From: Candidatus Sungbacteria bacterium RIFCSPLOWO2_01_FULL_47_32
Lineage (GTDB): Bacteria > Patescibacteriota > Minisyncoccia > Sungbacterales > GWA2-42-14
DNA: 64,000 bases
Assembly (NCBI GenBank): GCA_001820685.1
Contig: MHQP01000018.1
Span: 13,881 to 77,880 of the forward strand
Direction of reading: 5' to 3'
The position numbers were made by a program, and so were the translations under genes. The notes below the pieces were generated by a model. That model saw only the letters and a program-made list of their open reading frames with translations. It was not told where the DNA came from and searched no databases. Below, one piece after another: positions 1-8,080 of the stretch. The number at the start of each line of letters is the position of its first letter. The first letter of the stretch is position 1.

Positions 1-2
1 TT

Positions 3-347
3 CTGAAATCCCATAATGTACTTGACGAGCTTGATGCTGCGTTCATTGAAGGAGCGATAGCTTCAAGCGAGCAGGAGCACATGCTTAAAGAAGTCCGGGA
101 AAAATCAAAAAAACTGGTTGCTGTGGGGTCGTGCGCTATTGTTGGGATGCCGGCAGGCCAAAGAAATACGTTTAACGAAGCACAGCAGGCGGAAATAGAT
201 TTTTTGGTAGCCCGTTTCGGCGCTCTTCCGAAGGTGCTTAAGGTATCGGATGTCGTAAAAGTTGACGCGGATGTGCCCGGATGTCCGATGGAGCCGGCAA
301 AATTTTTAGAAGTTGTGAGCACGGTGGTCAAGGAATTAAGAGGCTAA
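3..347 (+). CDS. [NiFe]-hydrogenase small (delta) subunit, group 3b-like; 5'-truncated by window edge
   Basis: Frame is open from position 3 (LKSHNVLDELDAAFIEGAI...). Small-subunit Fe-S motifs VAVGSCA and VPGCP. Directly upstream of the large subunit. Ends shortly after GCP, with no distal-cluster domain. Confidence 0.88.
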   Translation: MKSHNVLDELDAAFIEGAIASSEQEHMLKEVREKSKKLVAVGSCAIVGMPAGQRNTFNEAQQAEIDFLVARFGALPKVLKVSDVVKVDADVPGCPMEPAKFLEVVSTVVKELRG

Positions 348-366
348 TAATTGTTATTGTATCATC

Positions 367-1671
367 ATGCATACCGTTGATTTAGACCTGAATATGGACC
401 GCCTTACCAAAGTTGAGGGTTCTGCCTCGCTTGAAGTAAAAATACGTAACGGCAAGGCGGAGAAGGTTCACTTTAAAATAACCGAATATAAAAGATTTTT
501 TACCCAGGCGATGCAAGGGAAGCCGCTTGTTGCGATTCCGCAGCTGCTTGCCCGCATCTGTGGCACGTGTTCGAACGCTCATCTCCTGGCAAGTATTGAG
601 GCGTGCGAAAGTGCTCTCGGGATAGAACCGACCGAGCAGACGAATATTCTTCGGACTCTTACAATGTACGGCTTGAATATCCGGGACCACGCTCTGCACC
701 TGTACCTTTTTTCAATGCCTGATATCGTCGGAAAAGACGCGTTTCTTGACTTTGACGAGAACAATGAATTCGAGCACCAGATGCTCCATGACGGGTTTCA
801 AATAAAAGCCGCGGGCAATTTTCTTGCGACTCTAGTTGCCGGACGCAGTGTTCACGCGGTTTATCCCGTTGTCGGCGGATTCATTCATTTTCCGGAAAAA
901 GCCGGGGTAGGAGAGGCGATTCAAAAACTTGAAGCGGCTCGCCCTGCCGTACTCCGCCTGATCAATGTTTTTAAAGATGCTCCCTTCCATTTTGACCGGA
1001 AAACAAATTTTATGGCGCTTGTTCCGATGGGGGGCATGTACGGGTTTATTCATGGATGCATCAACACCGGCAAGGGCGAATGCGTCCCAAAAGAGAATTT
1101 TGACGGCTTTTTGGAACGGGTCGTTGTTCCATATTCGCAGGCATCCGGCTACAAGCATAAAGAAGAATCCTATATGGTTGGAGCGCTCGCGCGCATGAAT
1201 TTGGCAAAAAATTTGCTACATCCCTTGACCAAAGAAGCGCTTGGCGCGACGCTTGACCTTTTTCCGTCAACGGATATTTTCCGAAATAACCTTGCGCAGG
1301 CGATAGAAATTCTTCACGCGCTTGACCGTTCCATTGAGTTATTGCGGGTGAACAATTTTGTTCCCGAGTCGGTAATTAAAAAGCCGCCGAGAGAGTCGGT
1401 CGGGGTTGGGGTAATCGAGGCTCCGAGGGGAACGCTCTATCATAAAATTTTTCTTGGAAGCGACGGGGTCGTCAAAAAAGGAGAAATCGTAGTGCCCACC
1501 GGGCAGAACCAAGTAAATATTGAGGAAGATATATATCATTTAGTCAACGAGCTCCTCCCCGATGCGCCGAAAGAAAAGATGCAATTCGAGATAGAAAAAC
1601 TTATCCGGGCATACGACCCATGCATGAGCTGTGCCACACATTTCCTCAAGGTTGACTGGAACGAAGCGTAG
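367..1671 (+). CDS. [NiFe]-hydrogenase large (alpha) subunit, group 3b-like
   Basis: KVEG, L1 motif RICGTC, EAPRG, VPT, L2 motif RAYDPCMSCATH, then a 9-aa C-terminal extension FLKVDWNEA. Confidence 0.95.
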   Translation: MHTVDLDLNMDRLTKVEGSASLEVKIRNGKAEKVHFKITEYKRFFTQAMQGKPLVAIPQLLARICGTCSNAHLLASIEACESALGIEPTEQTNILRTLTMYGLNIRDHALHLYLFSMPDIVGKDAFLDFDENNEFEHQMLHDGFQIKAAGNFLATLVAGRSVHAVYPVVGGFIHFPEKAGVGEAIQKLEAARPAVLRLINVFKDAPFHFDRKTNFMALVPMGGMYGFIHGCINTGKGECVPKENFDGFLERVVVPYSQASGYKHKEESYMVGALARMNLAKNLLHPLTKEALGATLDLFPSTDIFRNNLAQAIEILHALDRSIELLRVNNFVPESVIKKPPRESVGVGVIEAPRGTLYHKIFLGSDGVVKKGEIVVPTGQNQVNIEEDIYHLVNELLPDAPKEKMQFEIEKLIRAYDPCMSCATHFLKVDWNEA

Positions 1672-2023
1672 CTGTCAAAAATTCCAGCACCGTGTCTTCA
1701 GGCATCTCCGGCGGGATGCCTATTATTTTTATTTTTTTAATCTTGCCGATTTTTTTAAGGTATTTCATGTTCGTGAGCGCGTCAAAGTCATGCATGGTTA
1801 GGCGGGGAGGCAAGGAAAACGACTCAATGTCAGAAAAAATTTTAGGCTCCTTAATATTTATTACGGTATCAATGACGGTAATATCCTCCGGTATGCTCCA
1901 GTCCTCGTTCGGGTCAATGACCTTAAACTCAATTTTCGGGAACTGTTTCGAAAGGCGGGGAAGGATTTTGAGTGGCACGGAATCCTGTAGAAGGTCGGGG
2001 TTGCCGAAAATAAGTATCGTCAT
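1646..2023 (-). CDS. Minimal hydrogenase maturation protease-like protein (HycI/HybD-like)
   Basis: MTILIFGNPDLLQDS ... VIDTV ... TMHDF resembles the GNxLxxDDG / IVDA / STH motifs of HycI-family endopeptidases. Start placed at ATG 2023. Overlaps the 3' end of the large subunit gene convergently. Confidence 0.65.
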   Translation of the reverse strand: MTILIFGNPDLLQDSVPLKILPRLSKQFPKIEFKVIDPNEDWSIPEDITVIDTVINIKEPKIFSDIESFSLPPRLTMHDFDALTNMKYLKKIGKIKKIKIIGIPPEMPEDTVLEFLTATLRSSQP

Positions 2024-2049
2024 GGGTTTTGCAGGCTCATCCAACATCT

Positions 2050-2841
2050 CTAAAGATTTTTTATGCAGTTGGCAAGCGCGATATGATGAAGCGTATACCG
2101 TTTTAGGGTTGCTGCCTGTTTTTTTGAGATTGCTTCGCAGGGAACTCCCCAATGAATCGTAATGATATCGCCGCTTTTTAGCTGTTCAATATCAGGCGGA
2201 GAAGAAATGTCCCGGTGAATTCTTCTGGTCTCTGGGTTTCCAAGCGCCAGTCTGCCGTTTTCATATATGAGCGGTTCGGTTTTGACCGCAAGGAACGGCC
2301 CGTCGGCGTTTAAAACCGTGCCCCAGCTTATGCGGCACGAATCCATACTCTCAAGAGTGTGGGGAATATCAAGATTCCCCGTTCGCTTCCAGATGCTTAA
2401 TACGTGGAACGAATGGTGCGGAAGCGCGCCTTTTTTTATTATGTCTTCAACCAGCTCAAATGACTGGCGCCCTACTTTCTTTTTTACATCAAGGTTATCC
2501 AGGAGATGCCGGTAAAGCCTTTTTTCTCCCGCATTCTTCAATAACTCATTTCCTATCCAATAGGCATCAACAACCCTGGGGTTGAACGGATCCCGTATGC
2601 TATTCGCGTCAGCAATAAGTTTGAGATACGGATAAAGAGTGCGAAAAGCCTGCAATAGTTTTTCGAGCCCCGGGTCCTCTGCGCCATTTTGCATGTACGC
2701 CAAAATTTCCCGATTCGCATCGGGACCGCAGTAGTGAAGGCGGTTCGGGCCAAAGGCATATTTGCTACAGCGAAGCAGACCGTCCGCTTCAGGCCGAGAA
2801 AACCAGCCCTTTTTTAATGAATTTGCTATAGTAGTATTCAA
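2050..2841 (-). CDS. DUF6390-like hydrogenase-associated protein
   Basis: Motifs YAFGPNRLHYCGP, VVDAYWIGN, PHHSFHV, CRISWG and IHWG, recalled as typical of DUF6390. TTG start is uncertain. Confidence 0.75.
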   Translation of the reverse strand: MNTTIANSLKKGWFSRPEADGLLRCSKYAFGPNRLHYCGPDANREILAYMQNGAEDPGLEKLLQAFRTLYPYLKLIADANSIRDPFNPRVVDAYWIGNELLKNAGEKRLYRHLLDNLDVKKKVGRQSFELVEDIIKKGALPHHSFHVLSIWKRTGNLDIPHTLESMDSCRISWGTVLNADGPFLAVKTEPLIYENGRLALGNPETRRIHRDISSPPDIEQLKSGDIITIHWGVPCEAISKKQAATLKRYTLHHIALANCIKNL

Positions 2842-3718
2842 TTTGTTTTGTTATCAAAAGTATTCCTGCAAGCATCAGCAAAATAGACGGAACTACTTTT
2901 AATGGGAATGAGTGATTTACTATAACTCCGTCAAGAACGGCAGTAATAGGAAAGGCAAGCGCAAGGATTGAAGTTACTACCGTTGCCGGAGCTTTCTCGA
3001 GTGCCGAGTACCAGCTGAACACATATCCGAAAAGAACGATCCCGACGACAATCGCCAGCATTCCCTGATAAAGTGATGAGGGGATGATAGTTGATATTTC
3101 TCCCGTAGAGAGAAGCCAGACGACCAAAAAGAAAGAGCCAAAAAACATTCGCGCCCACGCGACGGTAAGCGCTGATACGCTACTAAGAATTTTTTTCGCG
3201 ATTATGCTTTCTATGGCCCAAAGAATTGTCGCTCCAAGCGCCATGGCCGCTCCTCTGCCGAAGGACCATGTTGCGGGGGCTCCGGAAATATAGATTGCAT
3301 AGAGCATTACAAAAAGTGCCAAAATTTGAACGATGCCAAGCCGCTCCTTAAGAAACGGATATGCTAAAATCGCGACCCAGATAAAAAGAGTCTTATGAAT
3401 AAAGGCGGCCTCGGTTGCGGATACCATAGTTAGCGATTTAAAAAATAAAAGAAACGAAACTGACCCGCCGATGCCCGCGATCACTAGGAGCTTGAACCAC
3501 TCTCCTCGTGAGAGACGGCGCAGTTCACAAACCCTCCCTAACAGCAGGAGAAGTGCCGTAAGAAAGACTGCCGCCGTTAGATTTTTTGCGGTTGTGTAGG
3601 CGGATGAATTTGCCCAAAGCCCGACCCCGAACTTATTGATAAATACGGAAAAACCGCTTATGAGCGCGGCAATAAATGCCAGTTTTATTCCGCTAAGGTA
3701 TGTTTTGTTTGCTATCAT
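2789..3718 (-). CDS. EamA/DMT family transporter
   Basis: About 10 hydrophobic segments in two repeated halves. LKERLG motif typical of EamA. Confidence 0.88.
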   Translation of the reverse strand: MIANKTYLSGIKLAFIAALISGFSVFINKFGVGLWANSSAYTTAKNLTAAVFLTALLLLLGRVCELRRLSRGEWFKLLVIAGIGGSVSFLLFFKSLTMVSATEAAFIHKTLFIWVAILAYPFLKERLGIVQILALFVMLYAIYISGAPATWSFGRGAAMALGATILWAIESIIAKKILSSVSALTVAWARMFFGSFFLVVWLLSTGEISTIIPSSLYQGMLAIVVGIVLFGYVFSWYSALEKAPATVVTSILALAFPITAVLDGVIVNHSFPLKVVPSILLMLAGILLITKQIEYYYSKFIKKGLVFSA

Positions 3719-3944
3719 GCTTTCCTGTTACGTAGTACGTTGCTATTGTATCACTTTACAGAAAATAACCCAATAGTATAGCGACGGCATTAAGGTGAGT
3801 TTTTTGCCGTCGGAAACCGATGGGCGTCTTGGTATTCCACATTTATATTATTTTTTGATATACTTATACATATGTAATACATCAGCTTTTAGACGCATGA
3901 TAAAACAAGGAGTAAAGAAAATATGTTATCGGTAACATAAAAAT

Positions 3945-4217
3945 ATGAAGAAAATGTTAATTATTGCGGCTGTCGTTATTGCTCTCGCGGCCACCGCAGG
4001 GTTTTTCTTAACAAGAAAACCCGCAGGCTTAACAGGGCAAAATAACGCCGGAACGCCGGGAGGAGTATCTACCGAAACAGCAGTCGAACCAGCATCCGGT
4101 TTGGGCGGGCAACTATATAGCGAAATCCAGCAGAATCCCGGAACGAAAATTCCCGATACCAATCCGATCAAGAACGACTTAAATCCGTATAATAACGGTT
4201 ACGTTAATCCATTCTAA
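3945..4217 (+). CDS. Small membrane-anchored or secreted protein with repeated C-terminal NP-hydrophobic motifs
   Basis: N-terminal MKK plus hydrophobic helix. C-terminus TNPIKNDLNPYNNGYVNPF. 8 nt upstream of the next gene. Confidence 0.75.
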   Translation: MKKMLIIAAVVIALAATAGFFLTRKPAGLTGQNNAGTPGGVSTETAVEPASGLGGQLYSEIQQNPGTKIPDTNPIKNDLNPYNNGYVNPF

Positions 4218-4225
4218 ATACAAAC

Positions 4226-6373
4226 ATGAAAAAACAACCTTTTTTAATTTTTGGATTACTTGCCGGAATGGGTTTCATGGGAAGTCTATTGTTTGCTCTT
4301 GTGTCGTTTGCGAGCCCAATTCCTATGGTTCAGGCGGAAGTAGAGCGAATTGCCGTGGGTTCGTCATGGACGACAACTGTGCAGCCGATGAGCGCGTTGA
4401 GACTGGTTGCGCGTATTACCGGAGACGTACCGGCCGGCGGGAACTATGCAATGGAAGTATACGTGAACGGCAAGCCCGTGATCTCATCTCTTTTGAATAA
4501 AGGCGCGAGTTTTACGTTTAAAGACGGCCGGACCTTTCCTTACCGGTCGGAGAACGGCTGGATGCTGTTTTACAGCCAGAATTTTTCCGTGAATAATACC
4601 GCAGCGAGCGGGGGGTATCAGGTACTCACTGATCCCGGACAGGCTTATTTATACGAATGGAACATATCATCTCTTGTCGGCGGCGCGTCGAGCATGAAAC
4701 TGGAAATTAAAAATAACGGCAAAACAGCCGGAAGGCAGATCCTCGTTCAGGTCTTGAGCAGATATCCGATCGCCGAATTGGGAAATTGCGGCGACGAAAA
4801 TGCTTGCAGGGATTATTGCGGAAAACAGGCAAATTATGCCGCATGCTCGGATTACGGCGCGAAAAATAACATAATTTCTCCGGAAGACGCAGAGAAGGCC
4901 AAGAAGTTCGCCGATGTTTTGAACGGAGCGGGTCCCGGCGGATGCAAAGACGAGGCTTCCTGCCGAAGTTATTGCGAGGGCGTTGCTCACTTGGAAGAAT
5001 GTATTTCTTTCGCTCAAAAACATAATTTTGCAAGCGGGGACCAGTTGGCTGAAGCGCAAAAAGTTTTGAGCGCGCTCAAAAAAGGCGCGACACTTCCGGG
5101 CGGCTGCACGGATAAAAATTCCTGTGAATCATATTGCAAGGACTCGGCCCATGTCGAAGAATGCCTTTCGTTCGCAAAAAAAGCCGGTTTTATCTCCGAC
5201 CAAGAGGCCGCTGAAGCGGAAAAGGTCCTGCCATTCATAAAAAGCGGGCAGACACCGGGTGGATGCACTACCAAAGCGGATTGCCAGAAATTCTGCGATG
5301 ATTCAAGCAACAACACGGAATGCGTCAATTTTGCCGAGAAGGCGGGATTCATGAGCAAGGAAGACGCAACTATGGCGAGGATTACCGGCGGAAAAGGCCC
5401 GGGCGGGTGCAAGTCAAAGGATTCCTGCGAAACATACTGCAACGCAAAAACGCACCAGCAAGAATGTTTTGACTTTGCCCAGAAATATAATCTAATTCCA
5501 CCCGATAAGCTGAAAGAGATGAGGGAGGGCATGGGCCGGCTTCGTTCCGGTTTGGACCAGATGCCGCAGGAAGCGATTTCGTGTCTTAAGGACAATCTTG
5601 GGCAGGATATTGTCACGAAAATTCAGGACGGGTCTTTTACTCCCGGACCGCAAACCGGGGATACCATCAAGGGCTGTTTCGATAAGGTCATGCCCCAACT
5701 TCAAGCCAAATTAAAGCAGGGATTGGATCAGGCGACACCGGCCGCATTGCAGTGCTTGCAAAACGGCCTCGGTGAAGACGGGCTTCAAAAAATTAAAAAT
5801 GGCGAAGCGCCAACCCCGGAAAACGGAGATGTTCTCAAAAAATGCTTCGGAGCAATGAAATCGGAAGGGATGAACAAGCTTAAGAACGGTTTAAGTAAGA
5901 TGCCACCGGAAGTGAGATCTTGCATAACTGAAAAACTCGGCGCGGACACAGTGCAAAAAATACAAAGCGGCGAGGATGTGAATATCGGCCCCGAAATCGG
6001 ATCGGCCATGCAGGAATGTGCGAAGGCAGGTGTTGCGGCGATGCAGCAGAAAATGGATGAAGGATTAAAAAGCGCCCCGCCGGAAATCAAAAGTTGCGTA
6101 GAATCAAAACTTGGCAGCATGAGCGCAAAGATGCAAAGCGGAGAACTAAGCGGCGAGGCGGACGTTCAGAAATTGATACAAGAATGCGTTTCTAACTTTA
6201 AGCCGGCAGGAGGCATGCCGCCGCCAGGAGCCGGCGGAGAAACCGAAGGTAACCCGCCCGCGGGATTTGCGCCAACTCCGGAGATTTGCTCTCAATTCCG
6301 GTCCGTTCCTTCGTGTTCCTATGTACCCGCCGGCACAGCCCAAGACATGTGCAAAAAGTGCAAAACGGAATAG
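4226..6373 (+). CDS. Secreted cysteine-rich tandem-repeat protein
   Basis: Signal peptide and predicted beta-rich N-domain. Five C-x5-C-x3-C-x8-C repeats, four helical 2-Cys repeats, and a C-terminal 4-Cys module. Confidence 0.85.
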   Translation: MKKQPFLIFGLLAGMGFMGSLLFALVSFASPIPMVQAEVERIAVGSSWTTTVQPMSALRLVARITGDVPAGGNYAMEVYVNGKPVISSLLNKGASFTFKDGRTFPYRSENGWMLFYSQNFSVNNTAASGGYQVLTDPGQAYLYEWNISSLVGGASSMKLEIKNNGKTAGRQILVQVLSRYPIAELGNCGDENACRDYCGKQANYAACSDYGAKNNIISPEDAEKAKKFADVLNGAGPGGCKDEASCRSYCEGVAHLEECISFAQKHNFASGDQLAEAQKVLSALKKGATLPGGCTDKNSCESYCKDSAHVEECLSFAKKAGFISDQEAAEAEKVLPFIKSGQTPGGCTTKADCQKFCDDSSNNTECVNFAEKAGFMSKEDATMARITGGKGPGGCKSKDSCETYCNAKTHQQECFDFAQKYNLIPPDKLKEMREGMGRLRSGLDQMPQEAISCLKDNLGQDIVTKIQDGSFTPGPQTGDTIKGCFDKVMPQLQAKLKQGLDQATPAALQCLQNGLGEDGLQKIKNGEAPTPENGDVLKKCFGAMKSEGMNKLKNGLSKMPPEVRSCITEKLGADTVQKIQSGEDVNIGPEIGSAMQECAKAGVAAMQQKMDEGLKSAPPEIKSCVESKLGSMSAKMQSGELSGEADVQKLIQECVSNFKPAGGMPPPGAGGETEGNPPAGFAPTPEICSQFRSVPSCSYVPAGTAQDMCKKCKTE
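4766..5505 (+). repeat. Five intragenic ~50-58 aa repeats (PGGC-x5-C-xx-[YF]C-x8-C-xx-FA)
   Basis: Seen directly in the translation: LGNCGDENACRDYC, GPGGCKDEASCRSYC, LPGGCTDKNSCESYC, TPGGCTTKADCQKFC, GPGGCKSKDSCETYC. Confidence 0.9.
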
Positions 6374-6413
6374 TTGAGGAATATTCTTCGCATGACACGT
6401 TCAGCGTATAAAC

Positions 6414-6441
6414 AAAACCCGGCAATCGTGCGCCGGGTTTT
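6414..6441 (+). terminator. Intrinsic terminator, possibly bidirectional
   Basis: AAAACCCGGC-aatcgtgc-GCCGGGTTTT, a perfect 10-bp stem after 6373. Confidence 0.75.
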
Positions 6442-6565
6442 GAGTTCTTGTCAAAGTAGCTGGGATTTGCCTATTTTCCCGCCATAATTCGCCGTGAAGA
6501 GGTTTCCCGGCGTGCTTTTTTTGCGAAAAAATGATATGGTTTTTGTGTATTCGCGTTTTACAATT

Positions 6566-8080
6566 ATGCATAACATTCCAATTCGAAATTTAACCATAGC
6601 TGATTTTATTGGCATGAGCGGACCAAAAACCCGCCTGTATCTTGAAAAGTCAGCTGGTTCAAAAATCAATCGCGTCGCCTCATCCCTTCAAAAGCTTATC
6701 GGCGCCGGTAAAATTATTTACGGCGTAAATACCGGGGTGGGGGACCTGTGCGATGTTACTCTTCAGGGAAAGGATTTGTACCGCCTTCAAGAAAATATTA
6801 TTTTAAGCCACGCGTGCGGTTCCTCTCCATATCTCGAAGAACGCGTAAGCCGCGGGGCTTTATTTTTGATTATTAACTCGCGCTCTAAGGGTTTTTCCGG
6901 AGTTACGGCGGAACTTATTCGAAAACTCGTTATTCTTTTTAATAACAATGTTTCCCCTCTGCTTCCCGTCAGGGGGTCTTTGGGAGCGAGCGGCGATCTT
7001 ATCCCAATGGCTCATTTAGGGCTTTTGCTTCTTGGACAAGGTAGCGCCATGATGAACGGCAAAATTGTTCCGACAAAAAAAATATTGCACCGTCTTCGCA
7101 TTTCCAATCACGTGTTACAGCCCAAGGAAGCCTTGAGCCTGATAAACGGAACCGATGTTACGACCGCGCAGGCCGCGTTTACCCTGGAAAAGGCTAAAAA
7201 ACTTTTATTTTTGTCAGCGCGTCTGACAGCAGTCATCTTTGAGGTTCTGGGCGCTTCAAAGAAAAGTCTTGACTCGGACTTGCATTCCCTGAAGCCGCAT
7301 GTGGGGCAAGTAGCCATTGCTCGGCTTCTCAGAAAGTTTCTTCATGGAAGCAGACGTTGCGATCGGCCGAATAAGAAAATTCAGGCTTCGTATGTAATTC
7401 GCTGCGCGCCGCAGATTGACGGAGCTATTTGGGAGCAAATTGAAAAAGCAAGGGACGTTGCGGAGGTTGAATTGAATTCCGTAACCGATAACCCGCTATT
7501 TTTCCCATCCGGAGCAGGAGTGAGAGTAGCCTCCGGAGGAAATTTTCATGCCCAGAATTTGGCTTTTTCGCTCGATTCCGCCGGAATCGCTCTTGCCGCA
7601 TTCGGAAAAGTTGTTGAGAGAAGAATTGAAAGATTGCTGAACTCCTCGCTATCCGGCTTGCCGCCGTTTCTTGCGCATGACTTCGGATTGAATTCCGGCC
7701 TCATGATTCCGCAGTATCTTGTTGCCGCGCTTGTTGCCGAAAATTTGGTTTTAGCTCATCCGGCAAGCATTCAATCTCTGCCGGTATCTGCCAACCAGGA
7801 AGATTTCGTATCCATGGCCATGACTGCTGCAACAAAAGCTGAAAAAATTCTTGAAAATTGTGAAAAAATATTGGCCGTGGAGATTTTAACAGCTATTCAG
7901 GCGATGGATATGGCGAAAGATGCCAATGGACGCGTTTTTTCCGACTTTAGTCCTGCAGCAAAAACTCTTCACCGGAAAACGAGGGCTATTGTTTCGGAAC
8001 TCAAAAACGACAGGTGGCTGAGCAAAGATATCGAAGTGTTAACGGAATCAATTCAAAACGGCTATTTTCATTATGACTAA
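6566..8080 (+). CDS. hutH: Histidine ammonia-lyase
   Basis: IYGVNTG, ILSHA (His-specific SH), MIO-forming ASG in GSLGASGDL, NSVTDNP, SGGNFH, NQEDFVSM. Start placed at ATG 6566. Confidence 0.95.
   Translation: MHNIPIRNLTIADFIGMSGPKTRLYLEKSAGSKINRVASSLQKLIGAGKIIYGVNTGVGDLCDVTLQGKDLYRLQENIILSHACGSSPYLEERVSRGALFLIINSRSKGFSGVTAELIRKLVILFNNNVSPLLPVRGSLGASGDLIPMAHLGLLLLGQGSAMMNGKIVPTKKILHRLRISNHVLQPKEALSLINGTDVTTAQAAFTLEKAKKLLFLSARLTAVIFEVLGASKKSLDSDLHSLKPHVGQVAIARLLRKFLHGSRRCDRPNKKIQASYVIRCAPQIDGAIWEQIEKARDVAEVELNSVTDNPLFFPSGAGVRVASGGNFHAQNLAFSLDSAGIALAAFGKVVERRIERLLNSSLSGLPPFLAHDFGLNSGLMIPQYLVAALVAENLVLAHPASIQSLPVSANQEDFVSMAMTAATKAEKILENCEKILAVEILTAIQAMDMAKDANGRVFSDFSPAAKTLHRKTRAIVSELKNDRWLSKDIEVLTESIQNGYFHYD

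Noticed and set aside
4766-6200. Multiheme cytochrome or ferredoxin interpretation of the Cys-rich protein
   Set aside because: No CxxCH or CxxCxxC motifs. The spacing and signal peptide fit disulfide-bonded repeats better.
6494-6565. Long N-terminal extensions given by the ORF track (hutH, also 19172, 50774, 55440)
   Set aside because: Homology begins at downstream ATGs, and the extensions overlap promoters or neighbouring genes.
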